Shown here: piece after piece, positions 52,192 through 61,987 of the stretch | Layout of the letters: each line of letters opens with the position of its first letter | How positions within the stretch are numbered: the first letter of the stretch is position 1 | Origin: Nitrospirota bacterium | Lineage (GTDB): Bacteria > Nitrospirota > Thermodesulfovibrionia > Thermodesulfovibrionales > JdFR-86 | Reading direction: 5' to 3' | Length of the DNA: 64,000 nt | Assembly: GCA_963721805.1 (NCBI GenBank) | Contig: CAVRJY010000002.1 | Coordinates: 96,001 to 160,000 of the forward strand | The notes under the pieces: generated by a model | The model's database searches: none | What the model saw: the letters and a program-made list of their open reading frames with translations, nothing else | What the model was told of the DNA's origin: nothing | Translations under genes and position numbers: made by a program

Positions 52192-52254
52192 CCGAATATG
52201 ATATAGCAAAACGGCTGCATTGACAATAGAGGGTCAAGGGCGGGGTGCGCGGCG

Positions 52255-52629
52255 CTAGGACTTCAGGGCGGCCTCTATGGCGTCAATAAGTTCGCCGATC
52301 TCATAGGGTTTCAGCAGGAACCCGGCGGTCTTTGCGTTGCAGGCTTTTTGGTATACCTCTGGACTGTCATAGCCGGTCGTGAGGATGACCGGTATTCCGA
52401 ACCTCTCGCCTATGTCGCGGGCCGTGTCGATGCCGTCCTGGGCGCCCTGTATGCTGACGTCCATCAGGACCAGGTCGGGGATCGAGGCGCGCGCCATATC
52501 GAGGGCCTCGACGCCCGTGGAGGCCGGGCCGCAGACCTCGTAGCCGTGCTCCTCCATCAGCTCCTGAAGCGACAGGAACTGTATGAACTCGTCCTCGACT
52601 ATCAGTATCTTGCCCTTCGTCGCGGTCAT
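52255..52629 (-). CDS. Single-domain response regulator
   Basis: ILIVEDE, DLVLMDV, PVILTTGY, FLLKP. Confidence 0.92.
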   Translation of the reverse strand: MTATKGKILIVEDEFIQFLSLQELMEEHGYEVCGPASTGVEALDMARASIPDLVLMDVSIQGAQDGIDTARDIGERFGIPVILTTGYDSPEVYQKACNAKTAGFLLKPYEIGELIDAIEAALKS

Positions 52630-52635
52630 GTGCGG

Positions 52636-55600
52636 CTAGAGCCTCTTTTCGTACTCGGGTTCGCGGAACGTGAAGGTGAAGGCCGCGCCGGGGCGCGCCG
52701 TGATCTCGACCTTGCCGCGAAGCTGGCTGGTCATCAGGCCTTTTATCAGTTTGAGGCCCAGGGTGCCGGTGGACGTCATGTCGAAGCCCTCCGGGAACCC
52801 CACGCCGTTGTCGGCATATGCCAGCCTGATCTCGCCATCGTGCGAGATGTGGCCGCTGATCGTGATCTCGCCGCTTCGGCCGTCCGGGAAGGCGTACTTG
52901 AAGGAGTTGGCCATGAGTTCGTTTATCACAAGGCCGCAGGGCAGGAGCGTGTCGATAGAGAGCTCGAAGTCAGCTATGTCGAGCTTCACCGCAACGCTGC
53001 CGGGGCGGACCTTGTATGCCCTCAGCATGGCGTCGGTCAGGTCGCCGACGTAGTCGCGGAGCCTGACGTGCGAGAGGTCCTGGGAGCGGTAGAGCCTCTC
53101 GTGCACGAGCGACATCGACATGATCCGGTTTTGGAGGTCGCGGAACATCTGGTGGATTTTTTCGTCCGCGACCAGAGAGGAGGTCTGCAGGTTGATGAGG
53201 CTCCTGATGACGTTCATGTTGTTCTTGGTGCGGTGGTAGAGCTCGCGCAGGAGGGTCTCGCGCTCGATGAGCGACTTCCTGAGCTGCTCCTCCATCAGCA
53301 CGCGCTCGGTGATGTCGCGGGAGATGCCCAAGAGCCCTGTATGCCTGCCCTCGTCGTCATAGATGCAGGTCTTGATCGTGTCGAGGTATATCATCTGTCC
53401 GTCGGGGCCTTTGAAGTGTTCCTCTGAGTGCTCGGGCCTGATGCTCTTTATCGCGGCCTCGTCGCTTTGGATGCACATCTCGGCCATCTCGCGCGGCATA
53501 AAGTCGTAATTCGTCTTGCCGATCAGGTCCTCCATTGGGAGCCCCATTGATACGGCAGTCATGCGGTTGGCCATAACGTAGCGGCCCTCGGCATCCCTGT
53601 AATAAACCATGTCGGGGATGGCCTGCATCAGGCTATGAAGCAGCCTGTTGGTCTCCCTGATCTCCTCTTCCATTCGCTTGCGCTCGGTGATGTCGCGGAA
53701 CACGCCGAGCAGGCACTGTCTGCCGCCTAGCGTGATCCGGGCCGTGCCGACGTCGGCGAAGAAGACCGTGCCGTCCTTCCTCTGGACCGGCAGGTCGGAG
53801 GCTATTATGATCTCGCCGCTTGCCTGTTTTTCGAACTCCTCCATGACGTGCGGCAGGGCGTCCCTGGGGTGGATATCCTCGACGCCCAGCCCGGTGAGTT
53901 CATCTGCCGTGTAGCCGAGCATCTCGCAAATCGCCCGGTTTGCGGCCACGAACCGCCTGTCTGAGGGGTCGGCGATGAGTATCCCGTCGTTTACGCTCTC
54001 AAAGATGGTCCGGAACTTCTCCTCGCTATCGCGTAGAATGGCCTCGGCCTTCTTGCGCTCTGTAATGTCCCTAAACGCGCCGACCGAGTAACGCCTCCCG
54101 CCGAACATGAAGGCCGCGGTGCTGATGTCGGCGTAGAATACGGTGCCGTCCTTCCTCAGGACCGGCAGGTCAGGCGCAACGATCTTCTCGCCTGCCACCT
54201 GCCTTTTGAATTCCTCGATAACACGCGGCAGGGCGTCCTTCGGGTGGATCTCTTCTATGTCCAGCCCCAGGAGCTCATCTTCCGAGTAGCCGAGCATCTC
54301 GCATATCCTGCGGTTGGCGGCCACAAACCTCCTGCTCGAGACGTCCGCGATGAGGATGCCGTCGTTGGCATATTCGAATATGGCCCTGAACTTCTCCTCG
54401 CTATCACGGAGAATGTCCTCGGTCTTCTTCCGCTCGGTGATGTCCTGCACCATGCCCACCATGCGCCGGGGTCTGCCGCTTTCGTCACGGAACACCTCAC
54501 CCATGGTGTGCAGGAAAGCGACCGAGCCGTCCTGGCGGAAAAAGCTGTATTCCAGATCGAACGGCCGCTCACCCTTCAGCGCCGCGTCTATAGCGGAGAG
54601 GAATGCCTCCCTCGTATCGGGGTGCATCTTCGAAAGGACGAGGGCATAGTCCGGCGCGATCTCGCCGGGCTGCAAGCCGTTGATGCGGTAGAGCTCGTCG
54701 GACCACTGCACCTTGTTCGTCTCGATGTCCCATTCCCACGAGCCGACGTGCGCTATGCGCTGCGAGGCGGCGAGGCTCGACTCGCTGCGCCTGATTGCAT
54801 GCTCGGCGCGCTTGCGCTCGGTGATGTCGCGGGCGATGCTCAGAAGCACCCGCTCACCGCCCAGCTCCACCAGTCGCACGCTGGCCTCCATGGGTATCAC
54901 CGCGCCGTCTTTCCTGACATGGCCGACCTCGAAGGTCGCCTTGCCCTCGGCATGGATCTTCGCTATCCTCTCAGGCACGAGGGCGGCGGACTCGGGGGAG
55001 TCGATATCGGTTATATGGAACCCAAGCATCTCCTGTTTGGTGTACCCGAGGCGCTCATGGGCGGCCGTATTCATATCAAGGAACCTGCCGTCGAGGGACA
55101 TGATTATGATGCCGTCGCTCGCGCTCTCAAAGAGCGTACGGAACTTTTCCTCGCTCTCGCGCTGCGTCCGCTCCATCCGCTTGCGCTCGGTGATGTCGCG
55201 CGCGATGCTCAGGAGGACTTTCTCGCCGCCCAGGTCAACAAGTCGCACGTTGGCCTCGACCGGCATGACAGTGCCGTCTTTCCTCAGATGGGCGACCTCG
55301 AAGATGCCCTTGCCATGCTCGAGGATCGCCGCCACCCGCGCGGGGATCCCGGAGGTAAACTCGGAGGAGTCGATCTGGTTGATGCGCATCCCGAGCATCT
55401 CCTGCCTGGTGTATCCGAGGCGCTCGTGGGCGACGGTGTTCATGTCGATGATCCTGCCTTCGAGAGAGGCTATCATTATGCCGTCGCTTGCGCCCTCGAA
55501 AAGCGTGCGGAACTTCTCCTCGCTCTCGCGCTGCGTCCGCTCCATCCGCTTGCGTTCGGATATGTCGCGGACGATGCTTAAAAGCACCTTTTCGCCCGCG

Positions 55601-56322
55601 ATCTCGGTCACCCGCGCGTTGACCTCGACCGGCAGCAGCGTGCCGTCCTTCCGCTTGTGGGCGATCTCGAATATGGCCTTGCCCTGCTCGCGGATCGCGG
55701 CCAGCCGCTCCGGCACGCCGGGGGCGAATTCGGGGGAGTCGATCTCGGTCAGGTGCATGCCGAACAGCTCATCCCTCGTGTAGCCCAGGCGCTCGTAAAT
55801 GACGCTGTTCATGTCCAGGACCCGGCCTTCGAGCGAGATGATCATGATGCCGTCTGCGGCGCTCTCAAAGAGCGTGCGGAACTTCTCCTCGCTCTCGTGC
55901 TGCGTGCGCTCCATGCGCCTCTCGTCGGTGACGTCGATCCATAGGGCGTGTGAATAGACCCGGCCCGAGAGTACGATCATCTGGGTTATGACGTGGACGT
56001 CACGCACTTCGCCCATTTTGGTCTTGTGCTTGACGAAGAAATCGGCCTTGCCATCCCGGAGTATCCTCGCTATCCTAGCGCGGATCTCCTCGATGTCCTC
56101 GACGGGGTCGATATCGGCGAGGGTCAGGCGCTCGAACTCGGCCCTCGAATACCCGAGCTGCTGGTGGGCGGCTTCGTTGAACTCGACTATCTGGCCCTTG
56201 TCGTCTACGAGGAGGACGCCGTAGGGGCACTGCTCGAACAGGACGTGGTAGCGCTTTTCGCTCTCGCCCAGCGTCTCTATGATCCGCCTGAGACCGTCGA
56301 TATCCTGCGGGGGCATTTCCAC
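52636..56322 (-). CDS. Soluble multi-PAS (about 8) sensor kinase, HisKA_2 type
   Basis: Repeated SEEKFRTLFE...RDITERK PAS-PAC units, ELYHRTKNN, NELMANSFKYAF. Confidence 0.9.
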   Translation of the reverse strand: MEMPPQDIDGLRRIIETLGESEKRYHVLFEQCPYGVLLVDDKGQIVEFNEAAHQQLGYSRAEFERLTLADIDPVEDIEEIRARIARILRDGKADFFVKHKTKMGEVRDVHVITQMIVLSGRVYSHALWIDVTDERRMERTQHESEEKFRTLFESAADGIMIISLEGRVLDMNSVIYERLGYTRDELFGMHLTEIDSPEFAPGVPERLAAIREQGKAIFEIAHKRKDGTLLPVEVNARVTEIAGEKVLLSIVRDISERKRMERTQRESEEKFRTLFEGASDGIMIASLEGRIIDMNTVAHERLGYTRQEMLGMRINQIDSSEFTSGIPARVAAILEHGKGIFEVAHLRKDGTVMPVEANVRLVDLGGEKVLLSIARDITERKRMERTQRESEEKFRTLFESASDGIIIMSLDGRFLDMNTAAHERLGYTKQEMLGFHITDIDSPESAALVPERIAKIHAEGKATFEVGHVRKDGAVIPMEASVRLVELGGERVLLSIARDITERKRAEHAIRRSESSLAASQRIAHVGSWEWDIETNKVQWSDELYRINGLQPGEIAPDYALVLSKMHPDTREAFLSAIDAALKGERPFDLEYSFFRQDGSVAFLHTMGEVFRDESGRPRRMVGMVQDITERKKTEDILRDSEEKFRAIFEYANDGILIADVSSRRFVAANRRICEMLGYSEDELLGLDIEEIHPKDALPRVIEEFKRQVAGEKIVAPDLPVLRKDGTVFYADISTAAFMFGGRRYSVGAFRDITERKKAEAILRDSEEKFRTIFESVNDGILIADPSDRRFVAANRAICEMLGYTADELTGLGVEDIHPRDALPHVMEEFEKQASGEIIIASDLPVQRKDGTVFFADVGTARITLGGRQCLLGVFRDITERKRMEEEIRETNRLLHSLMQAIPDMVYYRDAEGRYVMANRMTAVSMGLPMEDLIGKTNYDFMPREMAEMCIQSDEAAIKSIRPEHSEEHFKGPDGQMIYLDTIKTCIYDDEGRHTGLLGISRDITERVLMEEQLRKSLIERETLLRELYHRTKNNMNVIRSLINLQTSSLVADEKIHQMFRDLQNRIMSMSLVHERLYRSQDLSHVRLRDYVGDLTDAMLRAYKVRPGSVAVKLDIADFELSIDTLLPCGLVINELMANSFKYAFPDGRSGEITISGHISHDGEIRLAYADNGVGFPEGFDMTSTGTLGLKLIKGLMTSQLRGKVEITARPGAAFTFTFREPEYEKRL

Positions 56323-56420
56323 GTGGCTACTCCCTGTGAGCCTTAGAGGATGAATACATCTACGATGATAACAAAAATGTGGCTATTAAGCAATAAAGAA
56401 TGAGCACGGGCGCGGGATTG

Positions 56421-56790
56421 CTAGGCGTTGCCCTTCTTGCCGATCGAGTCGTAATAGGCCTCGACCGCGGCGGCCTTGACGTCGATCATCATCTCGGCGC
56501 GCGCCTTATTGAGCAGCGGCATCGGGACGCGAAGCGTCTTTGAGAGCTCCTCCAGCGGCTTTCCGCCGTTGAAGTGCATCTCCCCGATCAGGACCTTGAG
56601 GATGTCGTCGAGGGCCGCGTCCTTCGTCTCGGCGTCGGGGAAGCTTATCATCCCGGCCGCCTCGTCGAAGGAGAGGCCGTTTTTGATCGCCGAGCGCATC
56701 TTGACAAGGGTTTCGCGGAGGAACTTCACGTCCTCGGGCTCGGTGTCGTCAAACCAGGATTTATCGTCTTTTTTGCCGGTGTACCGCCAT
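56421..56790 (-). CDS. Hypothetical protein, likely frameshifted right after the ATG
   Basis: Host-like codon usage; RBS GAGAGG plus ATG 56790 out of frame with the downstream ORF. Confidence 0.6.
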
Positions 56791-56817
56791 GTTGCACCTC
56801 TCTGTCTAAAAAAGTGA

Positions 56818-56849
56818 CGAGGGCGGGGACCGCACATTCCCCGCCCTCG
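56818..56849 (-). terminator. Terminator after atpE
   Basis: CGAGGGCGGGGA...TCCCCGCCCTCG hairpin with a T run on the minus strand. Confidence 0.7.
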
Positions 56850-56867
56850 CCGGATATGTTTAGTAAA

Positions 56868-57227
56868 TTATACGTGAAACGGATTTGCGTATAAAACGAT
56901 CAGGACCACGACGAGTGCGTAGATGCAGAGTGATTCGATCATCGCCATACCAACGATCATCGTCGTCATGATCTTGCCGGATACTCCCGGATTTCTTGCA
57001 ACGCCTTCGCAGGCGCCGCCCAGACCGCTACCCATGCCGATGCCGGTGCCGAGTGCCGCAAGGCCGATGCCAAAGCCGCAACCCAGAACTGCCAGTGCAT
57101 AGTAGAAAATCTTGTTAAAACCCGCCGCAGCGGCCGCAGCCGGTGCAGCCTCCTCGGCGGATGCCAGGGTGGCCATTATTGCGACGCCAGCCAGCGCGAG
57201 GAGCGATATTACAAGAGACTTCTTCAT
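56868..57227 (-). CDS. atpE: ATP synthase F0 subunit c with N-terminal signal-like extension
   Basis: GxGxG motif, ARNP loop, MIESL catalytic Glu. Confidence 0.95.
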   Translation of the reverse strand: MKKSLVISLLALAGVAIMATLASAEEAAPAAAAAAGFNKIFYYALAVLGCGFGIGLAALGTGIGMGSGLGGACEGVARNPGVSGKIMTTMIVGMAMIESLCIYALVVVLIVLYANPFHV

Positions 57228-57312
57228 AGTGTGTTTCCTCCTTTCCTCTAAGAGTTTGTGATGCCTATCGTTATAAACCCCGCCGGATCGGCTTGACCTG
57301 ACGCGGGCGCTA

Positions 57313-57999
57313 TTAGTGTCCCTCTTCCACGGCCTGCGAGAGATAGATCGTCGAGAGCAGCGAGAACACGAAGGCCTGCACGACGCAGACGAGCGTGCCG
57401 AGGCCGAGGATCGCGGTCGGGATGATTGCCGGAGCCAGGACGCCGAGGACCAGGAGCAGGTAGTGCTTGGCGATCATGTTGCCGAAGAGCCTGACCGAGA
57501 GCGTGACCGGCCGCGCCAGGTGCGAGATGATCTCGATAAGGAACATCATGATCATCAGGGGCAGCGCCGACCACTTCTGGATCGGGCCCATGAAGTGCAT
57601 GATGTACTTGGGGCCGTGGACCCTGATGCCGTAGAAGTGGACGACCAGGAATACCGGCACGGCCATCGAGGCGGTCATGTTGATGTTGGCGGTCGGCGAA
57701 ACGAAGCCCGGTATCAGCCCCATGAAGTTGCAGGTGAGGATGTACATGAAGAGCGTGGCGATCAGGGGGTAGAACGTCTTGCCCCAGTGGTGGCCGATCG
57801 TCTCCTCGGCAAGGTTGAGCATGCCCTCGGCGATGACCTCGACGAAGTTCTGCACCCCGGTCGGGACCAGCTTCATCGAGCCGCGTATGACGAGCGCGAC
57901 CGCGATAAGGATGATCGAGGCCAGAAACGCGTAAGATACGTACGGCGGCACCTTCTCGGAGTTAACGATAAGGTCCATCAACAGTTTTTCTTCATGCAT
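57313..57999 (-). CDS. atpB: ATP synthase F0 subunit a
   Basis: PTGVQN, SPTAN, RPVTLSVRLFGNM, VQAFVFSLL. Confidence 0.95.
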   Translation of the reverse strand: MHEEKLLMDLIVNSEKVPPYVSYAFLASIILIAVALVIRGSMKLVPTGVQNFVEVIAEGMLNLAEETIGHHWGKTFYPLIATLFMYILTCNFMGLIPGFVSPTANINMTASMAVPVFLVVHFYGIRVHGPKYIMHFMGPIQKWSALPLMIMMFLIEIISHLARPVTLSVRLFGNMIAKHYLLLVLGVLAPAIIPTAILGLGTLVCVVQAFVFSLLSTIYLSQAVEEGH

Positions 58000-58283
58000 A
58001 TATAAATCCCCCTCTTGGAAAAATCGGGCTTATGTTAACCCGGTTCTGCGGGTAATGTCAATAAATGGGTACATTAATACTTTAAATGGGCGCCGACCGG
58101 CGGCTTGCGCCCCCCGGGGCATGGGCTTAATCCGGTCCCGCCTCCCCGGCATGACCTGCGATCAGCCTGGCAGCGGCCACGGTTTAGTTTACAGCAAATG
58201 CGCCCAAACAGCCAGGCCTTTTAAGGATAATAGGCGCGCACGCGGTATGCGCATATATGTCTAAGCCGGCGAGCGCAAATCCG

Positions 58284-58463
58284 ATCATGCCGTTGACCGC
58301 GGGGGGCGGTGCCACGGGCACCTTCCTCTTCCCCCCGAAAGCGCGCCAGATCGCCTGAAGCCTTGGCAGGGCGAAAAGCCGCCCGAAGTGAGCGGGCCTG
58401 TAAGCGCCGCGGATAGGAGCGAGGGGGCGCTGCCCCCTATCAAGCGATTTGGGCGCGCTTTAA
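58284..58463 (-). repeat. Dispersed palindromic repeat, copy F (inverted, diverged core)
   Basis: Reverse complement starts AAAGCGCGCCCAAATCGCTTGATA and ends GGTCAACGGCATGAT, as in copy B. Confidence 0.8.
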
Positions 58464-58512
58464 AAGTGCGCGGGGAGTTTACATTTCGAGCATGGATACG
58501 GTATCTTTTTAG

Positions 58513-59175
58513 GTGATCGATTTGCATACCCATACACTATTCAGCGACGGCGAGCTCATCCCGTTCGAACTCGTGCGCAGGGCCGCGATGAAGGGCTATA
58601 CCGCTATCGCGATCACGGACCACATGGACTCCTCGAACATGGAGTTCATCATCCCGCGCATAGCGCGCGCGGCGGCCGACCTGCTGGATGCGAGTCCGGT
58701 GAAGGTCGTGCCGGGCGCGGAGCTTACGCACATCCCGCCGCCGCTGTTCACTCGATTGGTGGCGGAGGCGCGGCGGCTCGGGGCGCTGATCGTCGTGGCG
58801 CACGGCGAGACGATAGCCGAGCCGGTCGAGCCGGGCACGAACCGCGCGGCCATAATGGCGGGCGTGGACATACTCTCGCACCCCGGCCTGATCGAGGAGG
58901 ACGACGTGGCGCTCGCGGCAGAGCGCGGCGTTGCTCTGGAGATCACCTCGCGGCGGGGGCATTCGATAACCAACGGGCACGTGGCCCGGCTGGCGCTTAA
59001 GCACGGCGCGCGCATGGTCGTCAACACCGACGCGCACGCGCCCGGAGATCTGATTGACGACGAAACGGCTAGAAACGTGCTTCGTGGAGCAGGCGTCCCC
59101 CGCGAGATGATCGAGGCGGCGTTTGAGAACTCCGAGGCACTCGTCTTTAAGGCACTGGGGAGGAAAAATGCCTAA
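58513..59175 (+). CDS. PHP-domain protein (histidinol-phosphatase-like)
   Basis: DLHTHT..SDG, AITDH, VAHGET, SHPG, NTDAH. Confidence 0.88.
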   Translation: MIDLHTHTLFSDGELIPFELVRRAAMKGYTAIAITDHMDSSNMEFIIPRIARAAADLLDASPVKVVPGAELTHIPPPLFTRLVAEARRLGALIVVAHGETIAEPVEPGTNRAAIMAGVDILSHPGLIEEDDVALAAERGVALEITSRRGHSITNGHVARLALKHGARMVVNTDAHAPGDLIDDETARNVLRGAGVPREMIEAAFENSEALVFKALGRKNA

Positions 59176-59910
59176 GCTTATAAAAAAGAGGGTCGAGAAA
59201 CCGGAAGAACTACAGACCGAGGAAGAGGTCAAGAGCTTCCTGACCTCGATGCAGCAGAAGGCCGCGGCCAGGACCCGCGACGTGACGATAGCGGCCATAG
59301 TGGCGGCGGTCATCATCGTCGCGGTGGCCGGGACGTTCTATTATAAGAGGTCGCGGACCGAGGACGCCAACGCGCACGAGTACGCGGGCTACAAGCTCTA
59401 CTACGGGCTCTATGACAAGCAGGGCGGCGCAAGGTCGCAGAGGCTCGCGATGGCCCTCGACGAGTTCAAGAAGGCGGCCGAGATCAGAAAGACCCCGGCC
59501 ACGCTCTATTACATCGGCAGCACGTATTTTTCGATGGGCAAGTACCCGGAGGCCGTCACGGCCCTCAATGCGATGGTCGCCGCGTTCCCGGCCGACCAGG
59601 AGTTCGTGCCGCTCGCGAGATACCGTGTAGCCACGGCCGAGGAGTTCATGGGCAAGAACGACGAGGCCCTTAAGGACTTCGACGCCATCGCTGCCAGCTC
59701 GGGCTCGCTGCGCGACCTCGCGCTCTCCGAATCCGCGCAGCTGCTCGTAAAGCTCGGCCGCCGGCCGAGGCAAAGGCGAAGTATGAGGCGCTGCTCAAGC
59801 AGTTCCCGGGCTCGTCATACGCCGACGTAGCCGAGGCGTACATCAAGCGCGCAAACGGGATATCGAACAGCCCGCTTGAGGCCCCGTCCCCGGCGCAGAA
59901 AAAGAAATAG
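59168..59910 (+). CDS. Membrane-anchored TPR protein (YfgM-like), frameshift at about 59765
   Basis: Single TM helix followed by TPR helices; C-terminus AKAKYEALLKQFPGS in a shifted frame. Confidence 0.7.
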
Positions 59911-60068
59911 GCCGGCAGCACGGCCTTATCTGACGCCGCGCGCCCGACGGGCATCCAGGGCCACGCTCTGATTGGTTGTATTGAAACGGCTTGACCTCCA
60001 CGGCAAAGTGTGATAGATTCTGATTGAAATACAAGGTCAGAACGCATGGCGCACGCAGGAGGCTGCCG

Positions 60069-60953
60069 ATGCCTTTCATCGATTTCGCGGGAGACCTTCC
60101 GCGCAGAGACGCATGTGAAAAGATAGCCGACGAGATCAGGGGGTTCATCGACCTTTCGCTGCATGCCGGAGAGTTCGCGTGGGACGACTGGGTGCGCGCG
60201 CTCATCAAGCCCCCGCAGGTCTCGTGCTGGATCATGAAGGGATGCGGCAATACCGGCTGTCCGGCCTATGAGGTGCAGGGCTTGCGGTGCTGGCTGGTGG
60301 CCGGCATGATGGGCGGCAGCGAGCCCACGTGCGACTATGCGATAAAGTACCAGGGCTGCACCAACTGCGAGGTCTACCAGGAGGCCGTATACCGCGACCC
60401 CGAGGTCGAGATATACGAACACCTCGTGACGCTCGTCCACAACCTCAAGACCTCGCAGGACAAGCTGGCGGCGATGGCCACGCGCGACAACCTGACGGGG
60501 CTCTACAACCGCAACCACTTCAACGAGATCATCGGCCGCGAGGTCGGCCGCGCCCGGAGGCACGGCGAGGAGCTGGCCTTCCTGCTCATAGACCTCGACC
60601 ACTTCAAGCAGTTAAACGACGACTACGGCCACCTGCACGGAGACGGCGTCCTGAAGACCTTCGCCGGTATACTGCGGGGCTGCGTCAGGAGTTCGGACAT
60701 CCTGTGCAGGTTCGGCGGTGACGAGTTCGTGATCGTCTCCCCCAGGTGCGACTGCGGCGCCGGCAACTCGGTCAAGGCGCGCATAGCCGGCAGCCTCGCC
60801 CAGTGGAACGCGGAGTTCGCTTGCGCGGACTACAGGATCGAGTGCAGCATCGGGTGCGCAAACCTCATGGAAGGGATGTCGATAGTGGACGCCATCGCCG
60901 TGGCCGACAGGCTGATGTACGAGGAGAAGAACGCCAAGCGCCGGATTGCCTGA
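60069..60953 (+). CDS. Diguanylate cyclase with Cys-rich (two CW motifs) N-terminal domain
   Basis: CW...C..CPAY...CWLVAG...CxxC; D.LTGLYNR, RSSD, GGDEF. Confidence 0.9.
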   Translation: MPFIDFAGDLPRRDACEKIADEIRGFIDLSLHAGEFAWDDWVRALIKPPQVSCWIMKGCGNTGCPAYEVQGLRCWLVAGMMGGSEPTCDYAIKYQGCTNCEVYQEAVYRDPEVEIYEHLVTLVHNLKTSQDKLAAMATRDNLTGLYNRNHFNEIIGREVGRARRHGEELAFLLIDLDHFKQLNDDYGHLHGDGVLKTFAGILRGCVRSSDILCRFGGDEFVIVSPRCDCGAGNSVKARIAGSLAQWNAEFACADYRIECSIGCANLMEGMSIVDAIAVADRLMYEEKNAKRRIA

Positions 60954-61095
60954 TACCCGGCAAACCCCGTCCAGCCATGATTTTAGGCGGTTTCATAACC
61001 ATATTTAGGCGTTGACCGCCGCCCGCCCGCGTGCTAGATTTGAATCAGGAAGAGTTCATCGGTTTCGCACATTGAATACTCGGGGGAGGCGGCCA

Positions 61096-61980
61096 ATGGA
61101 GTCCATCGACGGGGCAGGGGGCAATCCGCTCAGGGCGGCATGCGAGAAGCTGGTCACGGAAATCCGGGAGTTCATAGACCTCTCGCTTGAGGCGGACGAG
61201 CACCGGTGGGAGGACTGGGTCAGCTCGCTAGTGAAGCCACCGCTGGTCTCGTGCTGGCTGGAGAAGGGCTGCCGCAAGGCCGCCTGTCCGGCGTATGAGG
61301 TCGAGAACGCCAGGTGCTGGCTCGTGGCCGGGACGATGTGCGGCTGCGAGCCCACCGGAGACTTCGCGATCAAGTACCGCAGCTGCACGAAGTGCGACGT
61401 GTATCAGGAGGCCGTATACGGCGACCCGGTCGTAGAGATATACGAGCACATCCTGACGCTCGTCCACAACCTCAAGAGCAGGCAGGACAGGCTCCTCACG
61501 ATGGCTACCCGCGACCTCCTGACGGGGCTGTTCAACCGCAACCACTTCAACGATGTCATAGGCAGGGAGGTCGAGCGGGCGCGGAGGTACGGCGAGAGCC
61601 TCTCGTTCATGGTCATAGACCTCGACCGCTTCAAGCAGATAAACGACGAGTACGGCCACCTGCACGGAGACGGAGTCCTCAGGACCTTCGCCGGGATCCT
61701 TGAGAGTTCAGTGAGGCGCTCCGACATGCTCAGCCGGTTCGGGGGGGACGAGTTCGTGGTCGTCTCGCCCAGGAGCGACTGTGCAGCCAACCGCTCGCTG
61801 ATCGAGCGCGTGCAGAGCCAGCTCGCGGCATGGAACGCGGAGTTCGCAAGCAGGGACTACAGGCTCTCGTGCAGCATCGGCTGCGCCGAGATCGGCTCCG
61901 GGATGTCGGTCAATGACGCGCTGGCCAAGGCCGACAGGCTGATGTTCGAGGAGAAGAACGCCAAGCGCGCGACGAGCTGA
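61096..61980 (+). CDS. Paralogous diguanylate cyclase with Cys-rich N-terminal domain
   Basis: Same architecture; RRSD I-site, GGDEF. Confidence 0.9.
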   Translation: MESIDGAGGNPLRAACEKLVTEIREFIDLSLEADEHRWEDWVSSLVKPPLVSCWLEKGCRKAACPAYEVENARCWLVAGTMCGCEPTGDFAIKYRSCTKCDVYQEAVYGDPVVEIYEHILTLVHNLKSRQDRLLTMATRDLLTGLFNRNHFNDVIGREVERARRYGESLSFMVIDLDRFKQINDEYGHLHGDGVLRTFAGILESSVRRSDMLSRFGGDEFVVVSPRSDCAANRSLIERVQSQLAAWNAEFASRDYRLSCSIGCAEIGSGMSVNDALAKADRLMFEEKNAKRATS

Positions 61981-61987
61981 ACGGCCC

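Noticed and set aside
10441..58463. Palindromic repeats as integron attC sites
   Set aside because: No RYYYAAC/GTTRRRY ends, no same-orientation cassette array, and no integron integrase in the window
531..59910. Many frameshifted genes (murJ, lptG, USP/TauE operon, ccoN, ABC ATPase, glgB, TPR) read as pseudogenes or programmed frameshifts
   Set aside because: They include essential genes, are scattered single-base indels often in short homopolymers or GC runs, and both halves remain well conserved; sequencing or assembly error is the simplest explanation
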